This document shows, in pieces, positions 47,001 through 55,600 of a stretch of 64,000 nt of DNA (position 1 is its first letter; every line of letters begins with the position of its first letter). Origin of the DNA: Candidatus Aenigmatarchaeota archaeon (GTDB lineage: Archaea; Aenigmatarchaeota; Aenigmatarchaeia; CG10238-14; SCSR01); NCBI GenBank assembly GCA_038998335.1, contig JAVZHQ010000001.1, forward strand, positions 480,001 to 544,000, written 5' to 3'. The position numbers and the translations under genes are program-made. Below the pieces are notes generated by a model. It ran no database searches. It saw only the letters and a program-made list of their open reading frames with translations, and was not told the origin of the DNA.

Positions 47001-48002
47001 ACATTCTTGTGTTGTTTGAGAACAATAAGCATTATTAGTAGTATTTGGAAGTTCGCATTGCTCGTTTCCTTCTAAAACACCATTACCACATTGCGGCTGA
47101 CAATACGGATCATTTACACAATCCGGATCAGCACAATCCACTAAATTATCACAATCGTCATCCACTCCATTATTACAAATCTCTTGTATTCCAGGGATTA
47201 AAATGAAACTTACCATTGCATCTCCTGACTGTTCTGCACCTGGTGGTTGTCCATGGTATAGTTTCACTGTAACATTGACTTGCTTACAGAGATGACTAAT
47301 TCCATAATTATGCGAAAATGTTCCTCTGTTACAATCATCTTTTCCGTCGTTGTCATTACATCCTATCAATGGTAATGTACTGAAATTTCCATAAAATACC
47401 TCATCTTGTTGCCCACCACCTGTTTTAGTTCTATTTATATTAATAGCATCATTTACAGTTCCATCACCCCAATTTACTTGAACCTCGTACTGCCATACTT
47501 GTCCCTCAGGTCGTATAACATGCCAAATACCTTTGATATCAACTGGGTTGATAACAGTAGAGCCAGGTGTTGGTTCTTGTACAATTATCGTATAGATTCT
47601 AGGAGCAGTATCACTAAAACTTGTTGTCGCTGTATTTACCCCATCACTTGCTTCAACAGTATAAGTCCCTAAAATTCCGTTCAGCTTGTAAGCATAATTT
47701 GAAAAAGAACCTGATTCGTCTGTGATTGGTAACTCGCCACATCTTCCTTCAACAGGACAAATATCAACACCGTCTGGCCTTGTAACATTTATGCTAATAG
47801 TTGAACCAGGATTAAAACCTGAACCTGAAATCAAAACAGTTTCCTCAGGGGAATACTCTAACTTATCTGTCCAAATTCTTGTCTCTCCTTCAGGAGCCAA
47901 AACAGGCAAAACAAAATTCAAAACAAAAAACCCAACTAAAAATAAAGCAAAAACTATAAGAGAAATTTTCGCTATACCCTTAGCTAAAGCTTTACTATTC
48001 AT
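41061..48002 (-). CDS. Giant (2313 aa) secreted repeat protein, putative adhesin or surface protein
   Basis: Signal peptide, Cys-rich modules (EICNNGVDDDCD..VDCADPDC, CDDGNPCTED.C), many Ig-like beta repeats ending H...Y/W.CVDALGN.E...D.KPP. No C-terminal TM. Confidence 0.85.
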   Translation of the reverse strand: MNSKALAKGIAKISLIVFALFLVGFFVLNFVLPVLAPEGETRIWTDKLEYSPEETVLISGSGFNPGSTISINVTRPDGVDICPVEGRCGELPITDESGSFSNYAYKLNGILGTYTVEASDGVNTATTSFSDTAPRIYTIIVQEPTPGSTVINPVDIKGIWHVIRPEGQVWQYEVQVNWGDGTVNDAININRTKTGGGQQDEVFYGNFSTLPLIGCNDNDGKDDCNRGTFSHNYGISHLCKQVNVTVKLYHGQPPGAEQSGDAMVSFILIPGIQEICNNGVDDDCDNLVDCADPDCVNDPYCQPQCGNGVLEGNEQCELPNTTNNAYCSQTTQECSGYKLGTRDAYGNCDAACGCVYDSFSFSCVKGQCGAECEKDEDCKDYCEGNVRFYGGKCQSNCTCSYSQMSCDDGIECTIDSCDALQGCIHTPNNSLCDDGNPCTEDICDVQQGCQHTLFDTNGPTTSNVFVSPLFNNGIFNFTAHVEDECSNIKVARYYIGAGSYGRCIDSDPFLVIGNMSPADGSYDELIEDVYVNNAGFFHDGVNFVCVKSQDVADNWGNCVCTYFETDIEPPECPYNIYLNDVLNPREYLVCGNNPWLNATVCDDQSPIQGGEYFVDYNLSAEVPAPWSGYWMNPLYNFQSNGLLCAIIGAEVDVSSLSEGTHYINLRGKDIVENWGKMLQCGQNISFVKDTLAPQTTKTLTPAGGVSHSCEQSEIDAANLPQDVSLTDGCQFVKTGTQITLHAEDPDPQQTGEHADKTRIHWRVWYKVNPNDPWVIDQEGVGDENQGVTITLNKDSYHLVEYWAVDACGWEEVHHFELDIVDNKPPILTKEIGDPKLPVEDGKWYITQNTMITLNCVDDMPHPSDHVTIYYRYKVDDGQYTDWITYTGPFHFNEDSLHTLEYKCVDILGNTAGPYVEYDYVDSVPPTTTKTYGQPLVVAQGGYPKWINSSTPITLTATDGGEICAVGVDKIYWMNTLVDDNYCLDPDIYCQPIHSYESEGWNEYRGPFYKTTESCHMIEYYSVDKLGNKEQIKAQCVFVENKPPISQKSLGTPKHECTEEEKSQYGIDDCWFMTDETPIELSCVDQQPHPVDDVKIHYKIEWKMNWEDNWQTVKEETVGNYTKFYYEDLPNDESFHRLTWYCVDALGNKEQEHVELDIVDTKPPVSTKSIGEPKHECTQSEQSAYYSGLPNPTDGCYFITQQTPITLSCSDQQPHPVNHVKIYYKDWIVGQQEPEWTIVNSEQVTITKTQDSAHILKWYCVDALGNAEQLHTEYDIVDTKPPIITKTIIGSSYGNCPPEASQVSFLYADNFEGVDSTTGLSTTDNVVNLGKSTLSILSGHGAVTGFKNGGLGNLTHRGTRGLGVYPGEIDEVDDPEKIEITFDRAYAIDYVELRSLYAGECNGGGEKAHIRYYLNENLVGSEDPVGVQTGGNGIWSKSYTTPIVADKIVFYAEKDGCSEFAVAKIGLIDECYIDGSTTIHVEATDPEPHPVNHVTCDWDYTVTGGEKQGQGQTGVTPPFDITFPEESTHNLTITCRDALGNSVTDLETFIVDKTPPTTTKTYGTPLVTTDSGYPKWITSQTPITLSVEDTGTHKSGIKATYYRVTQVSDSFCESQAACEEATGSGSWLTYTEPFTIKDDSCHLIEYYSVDNVDKAEQIKIQCVYVDNKAPISDKTIGEPKVECIEEICDWYVTQQTEINLSCSDQQPHPVDQVKIYYKIDWKENLGDEWTEGSWIEDSNFVSIKYSQDSFHRLTWYCVDALGNKEHEHVEVDIVDTTPPITTKYVGQPQYPCGENCLYITSNTEITLSCSDQQPHPVNQVKIYYRYYLEGGEKPEFTEVDGSQVTFKIPEDCRHIVEYYCVDALGNEEQTKTEIDDVDNKPPEIKLWVSDCAIHCGKTVKIYANVTDEKVGVKRVNITIHKGCISTYKYQIDLVYNPETGLYEGSWTPSCCLQEGTYYIDIEAVDKLNNKVFLDNKAFVNLDNTKPIIHWIFSGKDWVGYGTTFYVAAEVSDNSLSFKEICEPEITCIARIVDNTGKESVLDSNLTFDRRIGKCTGFVTVNETFNESPANLYVDAWDSAGNYRDKVSILIGIDNTPPIKVSFETNPEQGSTIKSGQRIWYRITFEQDMSGIVSPCYISINETRWDASPIIGNECSGYYDVPFGLPDGIVKFMIKVQDEAGNWLSDSINFMLDNTPPTIELLQPQDEDTYDSLVPIEINVTDEISPIASETVQYRVFEPPAWYSPIYCFFGICPYDSGWRTATYNSTTGTYQDMFDASELEEGKFYFLSIRGCDSLYDPVLFTVNSVDPYHCAMR

Positions 48003-48060
48003 CCAATCAGCTTATTATTACTAAGAAGAAGTAAGTTTATTAAACCAAATGCTACAGAAA

Positions 48061-48091
48061 TATGACAATATTATGACAATTTTCTGACAAA
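48061..48091. promoter_or_regulatory. Three direct repeats of TGACAA at 11-bp period upstream of the giant-protein gene
   Basis: TATGACAAT (48061), TATGACAAT (48072), TCTGACAAA (48083). A minus-strand TATA-like TTAATAAA lies at about 48036-48043. Confidence 0.6.
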
Positions 48092-48095
48092 AAGC

Positions 48096-48527
48096 TTATA
48101 AGCTTTTAAAATTTCTAAAAGCTTTGTTTTTACTAGTTATCTCTTCCAATTCCTTTTCAGTAAAGAAATAATTCCTTATGTTTTTATAGCACTCTAAAAT
48201 CCAGTTAGGATACTTTAAGTTCAAGCCCCAAATGCTTCTTCTGCTTTTCTCCCCATACTTTCTACTTTTTCTAACTTCTACAAGCTTCCAATCAGCTAGC
48301 TTTTCTAGATGATGAATGCAAACTGAAGGTTTAATTCCAAGTTTAAAACAAAGTTCCTCAACTTGCATCGCATGTAAACTTTCTGGAGAATTTATTAGCA
48401 AATGTAAAATCCCTGCCCTTATTTTGTTGTTACATATAACTCTTATCTCAGGCAAGAACTCAAGCATAACTTGCATTTCAGCATTTTCGTCAACAGGATC
48501 TAATACCCTTAAAGCTACCTTTGCCAT
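48096..48527 (-). CDS. ArsR-like winged-helix transcriptional regulator
   Basis: N..R..ILHLL...M.VEELCFKLGIKPSVCIHHLEKLADWKLV wHTH pattern. Confidence 0.8.
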   Translation of the reverse strand: MAKVALRVLDPVDENAEMQVMLEFLPEIRVICNNKIRAGILHLLINSPESLHAMQVEELCFKLGIKPSVCIHHLEKLADWKLVEVRKSRKYGEKSRRSIWGLNLKYPNWILECYKNIRNYFFTEKELEEITSKNKAFRNFKSL

Positions 48528-48561
48528 AAAAAATAAAATGTGGAATTAAAGATTTAAATAG

Positions 48562-48577
48562 GTTTACCATAGTAAAC
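48562..48577. promoter_or_regulatory. Inverted repeat GTTTAC-N4-GTAAAC between the TATA box and the RHH gene (putative autoregulatory operator)
   Basis: Directly follows TTTAAATA (48553-48560). Confidence 0.55.
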
Positions 48578-48592
48578 TTATAGGTCTTTTGC

Positions 48593-48772
48593 TTGGAAGA
48601 GAGAAAAAAGCCTGAAGAATTCAAATTAGAAACAGTAACAGTAGCCTCAAAAATACCGAAAAAATTTTTTGAAATAATAAACGAGAAAATAATTAAAATT
48701 GAGTACACAACTATTTCGGATTACATAAGGGATTTGATAAGGGAAGATTTAAAGAAAAGAAATTTGCTCTAA
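48593..48772 (+). CDS. Ribbon-helix-helix (CopG/ParD-like) protein, 59 aa (not in ORF track)
   Basis: TTG start. Translation MEERKKPEEFKLETVTVASKIPKKFFEIINEKIIKIEYTTISDYIRDLIREDLKKRNLL, with RHH signature Y.T.SDYIRDLIR. Confidence 0.8.
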   Translation: MEERKKPEEFKLETVTVASKIPKKFFEIINEKIIKIEYTTISDYIRDLIREDLKKRNLL

Positions 48773-48803
48773 ACTCTTATTTTTTTGATCCAAATAATTA
48801 AAT

Positions 48804-49070
48804 ATGGCAAAAAGTCAGGAAGAAAGGCTTTACTTTATAGTCAGAAGCTACTTGATGGGTTGCGTAGGTGGAATAATTTTCCCAGCAATAGTTTTTATTC
48901 TAGGAAAAATAAACTGGATTCAATCAATAATAATAGGTACTTTCGTTTACATCATTTCCCTAGCAATTTCCAGAGTTTTTGAAAAGCAGATAGACAAAAT
49001 TACCCAAAAAATTTTGATTCACTTGAATAAACACAAAAAAATCAAAAACTTTATTTTGAAGTACTTTTGA
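48804..49070 (+). CDS. Small membrane protein (2 TM)
   Basis: Two hydrophobic helices and a basic tail. Confidence 0.65.
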   Translation: MAKSQEERLYFIVRSYLMGCVGGIIFPAIVFILGKINWIQSIIIGTFVYIISLAISRVFEKQIDKITQKILIHLNKHKKIKNFILKYF

Positions 49071-49389
49071 CTTTCACGTAAGAATTTTTTTCCAAAGTAA
49101 CAGCAATTTCTTTTAAACAAAAACAAACATCCTTTAAACCTTTTCTAGCTACTTGTTCGCTTACTTTTTCTAGGTTGTATTGGTTACATTTTAAAACCTG
49201 ATAAATTCTTGATTTGTAAACATTTTTCTCTTCCTTAGGAAGGTTTGAAGCTTCTATAGAATCTTTAATTCTCAGCAAATAATTAAAAATTTCTTTCAAA
49301 TCTTTACCTTTTACCTTATAGCTGTTTTTTCTCTCTATTCTATCTAAAGCTGAGTTTATTTTAGAAACAAGCTTTTCTCTTTCTTCCAT
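49051..49389 (-). CDS. Hypothetical protein
   Basis: 112-aa helical-looking ORF directly downstream of UDG. Confidence 0.55.
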   Translation of the reverse strand: MEEREKLVSKINSALDRIERKNSYKVKGKDLKEIFNYLLRIKDSIEASNLPKEEKNVYKSRIYQVLKCNQYNLEKVSEQVARKGLKDVCFCLKEIAVTLEKNSYVKVKSTSK

Positions 49390-49393
49390 TTTT

Positions 49394-49972
49394 TTAAAAT
49401 TTAGTCGAAAAAGAATTTATTTTTTTGTTTAGCTTAATTAAAATCTTTTTCAACTTTTCCGTATCTTCTTCCATAAGTTCTCTTATTCTTGGAAACCTCA
49501 TCGCGCTAGCAGGATGAAAAGTTGGAAAGCAAATTCTGTTTCCTTTTCTCAAAACTTTTCCATGAACTTCCGAAACTTTTAGCTTTTTTTCAGGAAATAG
49601 ACCTTTTAAAGCAACATTTCCGAGCAAAACAATTATTTTTGGGTTTATCGCTTCAATTTGCTTTAAAGTATGAGTCATACCATGCTCTATTTCTTCCTTA
49701 GTTAAATCCCTTTTTCCAGGGTAGTACTTTACAGGCGAAGTAATAAAAACTTCTTCTCTTTTTATCCCTATTTCATTCAAAACTTTTGTCAAAAATTTTC
49801 CTGCTCTTCCAACAAAAGGCTTTCCTGTTTTTGCCTCTTCTTTTCCCGGAGCCTCTCCCAGGAAGAAAATTTTAGCCTTAGGGTTTCCTTCCCCAGGAAC
49901 AGCCAAGCCAAACTTTCCCTTTTTACATTCTTTGCATTCTTCAATTTCCTTTCTAATTTCTTCCAAACCCAT
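49394..49972 (-). CDS. udg: Uracil-DNA glycosylase family 4
   Basis: VPGEGN, GEAPG.EE..TG.PFVGRAG, LLGNVA, PTFHPA. Probable start ATG 49972. Confidence 0.9.
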   Translation of the reverse strand: MGLEEIRKEIEECKECKKGKFGLAVPGEGNPKAKIFFLGEAPGKEEAKTGKPFVGRAGKFLTKVLNEIGIKREEVFITSPVKYYPGKRDLTKEEIEHGMTHTLKQIEAINPKIIVLLGNVALKGLFPEKKLKVSEVHGKVLRKGNRICFPTFHPASAMRFPRIRELMEEDTEKLKKILIKLNKKINSFSTKF

Positions 49973-50027
49973 GCTAATCTTTTGTTTTGAGAAAAGCTTA
50001 AGTTTTTTAACTTTCTTTTTTATTTTC

Positions 50028-50429
50028 ATGTCCCAGTTAATAAAAGATGGCAGAAAAAGTCAGGAAAAGTATGAAATAATTTTTAGGGCTGACGAAAAAT
50101 GCTTGCTTTTCCCTTTCAATTTAAGCGAAGAAGAAATGAAAGAATTAGAAAACGAGATTAAAAATTTTTATGAAGTTGAAAGAAATTATGTAGGTTTAAA
50201 AGTTATAACAGAAAGAGGAAGCGTTCATTTTTCTCGAAGACTTTATGGTTTCGAAAAAAGGTTTGCGATAGAATCTTTTGTTTATGGTTGTGCAATAGAA
50301 GATTTTAAGAAAGTAGCTAATACAGCAATACAAAAAACAATAGTTGGCGAAAAACTTTTTGGCTACTGGGCAAAAGAAGTTGGAAAGGAAGAAGCCGAAA
50401 AAAGATTAAAAGAAATAACAAAAGATTAA
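50028..50429 (+). CDS. Hypothetical protein
   Basis: Likely start ATG 50028 (MSQLIK). No recognised motif. Confidence 0.55.
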   Translation: MSQLIKDGRKSQEKYEIIFRADEKCLLFPFNLSEEEMKELENEIKNFYEVERNYVGLKVITERGSVHFSRRLYGFEKRFAIESFVYGCAIEDFKKVANTAIQKTIVGEKLFGYWAKEVGKEEAEKRLKEITKD

Positions 50430-51817
50430 TCTTTAATTCCACTTAACCCAATAAACAAAGTCATTATTTCTACTCTTCCTGCGATCATAAGAAATATCAA
50501 AAGCCATTTTAACTCTAAAGGTAAAGAAAGAGAAGTTATTCCTATGGAAATTCCTGCAGTGCTGTAAGCTGACAAGCTCTCAAAAATAGAATCTTCAAAA
50601 GAAAAACCGTAAAAAGTAAAGATAAAAGCTGAAAGGAAAATTATGAAAACTGAAAGTATGACAGTTAAGAAGTGCTTCATAAGCTCAGAATCTTCAACAA
50701 CATTCCCTTCATAAACTAATTTTTCATCTTTTTTAGTTATTTCTCTTTTAATAAGAATCGGAATCGATTTAAAAAGGAGAATAATTCTTTTTATTTTTAT
50801 TCCTCCTGCAGAAGAAAAAGCGCAACCTCCAACAAACATCAAAAGAATGAAAATCATTTTCAACGATTGAACTAAATTAGGAGAAGCAATTCTGTTAAAA
50901 TCAACATAGCTTAAGCCAGTAGTTGAGGAAGTGCTAACCACATGGAAAAGTGATGAAAACAAATCTAAGTTTGAAAAAGCGAAAACAAAGAAAGTTGCGA
51001 GAAGAATTATAAGAATAAAAACTTCAAACTCTTTAGTTATTTGCCTTTTTCTTCCTATGTAGAAGAGCTTATAAATAACCCAGAAGTTTGTCGCACCTAT
51101 TATCATAACCACTATCAAAAGAGCTTTCAAAATCAAGCTTTCAGGAATTGTTTGAATCGGCAAGCTTCCGGTGACTATTGTACTCATTATAAGGGAAGCG
51201 CTATCTATCAGATCGCCATAATTCAAAAAGAAAAACATTGCTGTGAAAATAATCGTCAACACAGCATAAGCTAAAACAACTATAACAAAAGACTTTTTGA
51301 TTTGCTCTGTTATTTTATCAATATCTATAAGCTTGCTAATTCTATCTGCAAAGTCAGCTGGGTAAAAAAAGCTTAAGAGAATAAAGATTAAGCCAATACC
51401 TCCAACCCACTGGATAACGCTGCGATAAAGAATCAAAGATTTTGAAAGTGTAGTGCTTTTCATGAAAGTTAAGCCTGTTGTTGTTGAAGTTGAAACACTT
51501 TCAAAATAACAAACTGTAAATTTTTCTACAGGGTTAGAAATTTCCAAAGGATTAAGGTATTGGCAAGGAATTGAGGTAAACAAGGGAAGAATTAAGAATA
51601 CCAAAACAAGCAATAAACAAGAATTTTTAAAGCTCAAAACTTTTCTCTCACACAAGGCGTTAAGGAAAAAGCCAGAAACAAGCAGGGAAACAGAAGTAAT
51701 GAAAAGAGGGGTTAAAGCTTGATTTTCATTCAAGTAAAAAGCGGCGATTATCGGAATAAGAATAAAGAAGCCTGCAAACTGAAGAACAAAGCCTAGGTTA
51801 GCAAGCAAAGGTTTCAT
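50426..51817 (-). CDS. trkH: TrkH-family potassium uptake membrane protein
   Basis: FESVS...TTGLT, QWVGGIG, STSSTTGLS, FVGGCAFSSAGGIK, FESLSAYSTAG, MIAGRVEI. Confidence 0.9.
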   Translation of the reverse strand: MKPLLANLGFVLQFAGFFILIPIIAAFYLNENQALTPLFITSVSLLVSGFFLNALCERKVLSFKNSCLLLVLVFLILPLFTSIPCQYLNPLEISNPVEKFTVCYFESVSTSTTTGLTFMKSTTLSKSLILYRSVIQWVGGIGLIFILLSFFYPADFADRISKLIDIDKITEQIKKSFVIVVLAYAVLTIIFTAMFFFLNYGDLIDSASLIMSTIVTGSLPIQTIPESLILKALLIVVMIIGATNFWVIYKLFYIGRKRQITKEFEVFILIILLATFFVFAFSNLDLFSSLFHVVSTSSTTGLSYVDFNRIASPNLVQSLKMIFILLMFVGGCAFSSAGGIKIKRIILLFKSIPILIKREITKKDEKLVYEGNVVEDSELMKHFLTVILSVFIIFLSAFIFTFYGFSFEDSIFESLSAYSTAGISIGITSLSLPLELKWLLIFLMIAGRVEIMTLFIGLSGIKD

Positions 51818-51849
51818 AATTTTTCTTTTGATTTATTTTAAAATAAAAG

Positions 51850-52236
51850 TTACTTTGCTCCTAGCCTAAACCTAACACTTTTATAGCCAAAGCTCTTTAG
51901 ATAATCCCTAAAGGTTTTCATTTCTTCTTTTTTTACTTTTTCAAAATATCTTACCAAAACTTTAAGAGTTTCAGAAATTTCTACATCAAACTCATGAGGA
52001 AAAATTCCTTTTATTCCTTCCTCAACTTCTATTTCAACTGATTTACAATCAAACTCTGCCTTAGAAATTGGATAACCTGAAAAGAAAGTTATGTTTAAAT
52101 CGTAATTGCTACCGCTTTCAAGCACCTTTACTTCAAAATTTTCAGGAAAGTTACTTCTATTAAAATACCCACAACTCTTAACTATCCTTACTCTTTTCTT
52201 TTTCAAATCTTCTATCAAAGGTATAGCATAACTCAT
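51850..52236 (-). CDS. Hypothetical protein
   Basis: 128-aa ORF with no recognised motif. Confidence 0.55.
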   Translation of the reverse strand: MSYAIPLIEDLKKKRVRIVKSCGYFNRSNFPENFEVKVLESGSNYDLNITFFSGYPISKAEFDCKSVEIEVEEGIKGIFPHEFDVEISETLKVLVRYFEKVKKEEMKTFRDYLKSFGYKSVRFRLGAK

Positions 52237-52316
52237 ACCATTAAAAGAAAAAGTAAACTTTAAATAGTTTTCAGAACAATTAGTTAGTGTTTAAATAATC
52301 TAAAAAAGGGAAGGAA

Positions 52317-52667
52317 ATGAAAGGAAAAAAAGCTATCTTAATTTGCTTTTCAGTAAAGTCTGGAAAATTTGAAAGTTATTCTGAAAGAAACAAGTTTTTC
52401 AAAAAATTATACGGCTGGAAGCAAGTAATAAAAAAGGAAGTTAGAATGGAGAAAAAAGAGAAGGCTTATGTTTATAAAAGAGAAGGCTTACTAGATGAAA
52501 TTCCTCACTTAAAAGTTGACCAGAGCTCTTTTATTGTTCCTGAAGAAGAGTTTGAAAGAATAGCAGAATTTTTAAAAGAATGGCACGATAAAGTTATTTG
52601 GAAAACTTTCAAAGTTTTATTAGATAAAGAGTTTGAAGAATTAATTAAGGAGGAAATTCATGGCTGA
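52317..52667 (+). CDS. Hypothetical protein, possibly Cas2/VapD-like ferredoxin fold, overlapping the cdc48 start
   Basis: ERNKFFKKLYGW...GLL.EIP..KVDQSSFIVP. Overlaps cdc48 by 8 nt. Confidence 0.55.
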   Translation: MKGKKAILICFSVKSGKFESYSERNKFFKKLYGWKQVIKKEVRMEKKEKAYVYKREGLLDEIPHLKVDQSSFIVPEEEFERIAEFLKEWHDKVIWKTFKVLLDKEFEELIKEEIHG

Positions 52668-55600
52668 GAAAAGTGAAAAGGAAGTAAGGCTTAAGGTTGG
52701 CGAGCTAACAGCAAGAGAAGAGGCTGGAAGAGGAATAGTTAGGCTTGATTCTTCTGCAATGCAAAAGCTTGGAGTAAAAGAAGGGGATGTTGTTGAAATT
52801 GAAGGAAAGAGGAAAAGTGCAGCGATAGCAGTAAGGGCTTATCCTGCAGATGTTGGTTTAAACTTAATAAGAATGGATGGAATAACAAGAAGGAATTGCG
52901 GAGCAGGAGTTGGAGATTTTGTAAAAGTGAGAAAAGCAGAGGTAAAAGAAGCTAAAAAAGTTGTGTTAGCTCCTGCTGAAAAAGGGATAATGATTCATAT
53001 TTCTCCGAACTTGATCAAACAAAACATTTATATGCGTCCTTTGGTTAAGGGAGATATAATCATTCCCTCTCCTGTGGTTAGGAAAAGAAGGCCCTCTGGA
53101 GGAATTCTTGAAGATTTCTTTGGAGAAGAGTTTTTCACCGATATTTTTTTCACACCTTTTCCTGGAGAAACAAAGTTTATAGTTGTGAATACTGAACCAG
53201 GGGGAATAGTAAGAGTTGAAGACATAACAGAACTTGAAATTTTGCCTGAAGCTCCTGAAAAAATTGAGGAAAGAGCAATTCCTACAGTTACTTATGAGGA
53301 TATAGGAGGAATAAAGGATGTTATAGCAAAAGTTAGGGAAATGATAGAATTACCTTTAAGGCATCCTGAGCTTTTTGAGAGATTAGGAATAGAACCTCCA
53401 AAAGGAGTTTTGCTTTATGGACCTCCAGGTTGTGGAAAGACTTTGCTTGCAAAGGCTGTAGCTAACGAAAGTGGAGCTAACTTTATTTCAATCTCAGGCC
53501 CAGAGATCTTTAGCAAGTGGTACGGGCAAACAGAGGAAAACCTAAGGAAAATCTTTGAGGAAGCGGAAAAGAATGCTCCAAGCATAATTTTTATCGATGA
53601 GATAGATGCAATCGCTCCAAAAAGAGAAGAGGTTACTGGCGAGGTAGAAAGAAGAACTGTTTCTCAACTTTTAACTTTAATGGATGGTCTTAAAACAAGA
53701 GGAAAAGTTATAGTAATAGCAGCAAGCGTAACTGGTGATACGCCAATTCTGGTGAAGGAAAAAAATAGGATAAAGCTAGTACCAATAGGAAAATTTGTAG
53801 ACAGATTCTATGAAAAAGGAGAGGAAGGAGTAGAGAAATTTGTAGAAGGAATTTATGTTTTGGGAATGGAAAAAATGAAACCTAAGAGAAATTTCCCATG
53901 GACATTCTTCAAGTGCAGCGCGTTCAAGCCGGTTAGAAGTGTATTTAGACATAAAGTCAAAGAAATTTTTGAAATTGAATTTAACGGCGGAAAAATTAGA
54001 GCAACGGGAAATCACTCCGTTTTTGTTAGAACCAAACACGGAATTGAACCAAAAAGAGTAGATGAGCTTAAAGTTGGTGAATGTCTTGTAGATTTGCCGT
54101 ATAAAGTTAACAGGACAAGCAAGGCGGAAATAAGATCGCACATTTTCCCGAACAATGTAAAACTAGTATTACCTGTCTATAATTTCGAACCACAAATAGC
54201 TTTTGAAACAGCCATTTCAGGTATTTTTTCTGTTCCAGAAATTTGCAAGGAATTTGGCGTGCATCCCTCTACCGTACAAAGATGGCAAAAAGGAATTCAA
54301 CAACCAAGAATTATGAGATACGTTGGAAAAATACCTGTGTATGTTGATGTTACGCCTGAATTAATGAGCCTTTTTGGTTATTATGTCGCAGAAGGGTCTT
54401 CAACAAAAGCACTTGATTTCTGTTTTGGTGCGCACGAGAAAAATCTAATAGAGGATGTTCAAAAGAAAATGAGGAAAGTCTTTGGAGTTAAACCTAGCTC
54501 TGTTAAAGTAACTAAAAACAGATGCAACATAACATACAATATAAAGCCTTTGGCAGAGTTTTTCAGCAGATATTGCGGCAAAGGTGCTAAAAATAAAGAA
54601 GTGCCTTGGTTCCTGTTTGAATTACCTCGAGAACATTTCTTAGAGTTCTTGAAAGCGTATGCTTTGGGGGATGGGCATTTTGACAAAAATGGCAGAATTG
54701 AAATAACTTCTGTCAGCAAAAAGCTCATAGTAGAGTTGAATTGGCTATGCAGAATGCATGGTATAAAATCCTACATAAGTAAGTTTAAAGTTAAGGCTGG
54801 GAGAAAAATTGGAGAACAAACTATAAAGAAAGAAACCATAGCCTATAGGTTAGGGATCGGAAAAACAAACAACCCATTTTCCAACCAAAAAAAGAAAGGT
54901 TTTCAAAAGCTCGCCAGAATAAAAAAGATTACTAAGAAAAAGTATAATGGTTATGTTTATGATTTATGTGGATGTGAGGAAGAAGCTTTCTTTGGCGGAG
55001 AAACTCCTGTACTTTTACACAACACAAATAGGCCCAATGCCTTAGACCCTGCTTTGAGAAGAGCTGGCCGCTTCGATAGAGAAATAGAAATTCCTGTCCC
55101 TGATAGGAATGGAAGACTAGAAATTTTCAAGATTCACACTAGAAACATGCCTTTGGATAAAGATGTTGATTTGAACTGGCTTGCAGACATAACTTATGGT
55201 TACGTAGGAGCAGACATAATGGCTTTGTGTAAGGAAGCAGCAATGTCTGCTTTGAGAAGAGTTTTACCTGAAATAAAATGGAAGGAAGAAGAAGAACTAC
55301 CAAAAGAAGTTATGGAAAAACTTGTTGTTAAGAAAGAAGATTTTGAGAATGCTTTAAAAGTTGTTGAACCAAGCGCAATGAGAGAAGTTTTGATCGAGAT
55401 TCCAAAGGTTAAATGGGAAGATATTGGCGGATTAGAAGAAGTTAAACAACAATTAAGAGAAATGGTTGAATGGCCTTTGAAAAACCCTGAAGCTTTTGAA
55501 AGAATGGGAATAACCCCACCAAAAGGAATTTTGCTCTATGGGCCTCCAGGTTGTGGAAAGACTTTGCTTGCAAAGGCTGTAGCTAATGAAAGTGGAGCTA

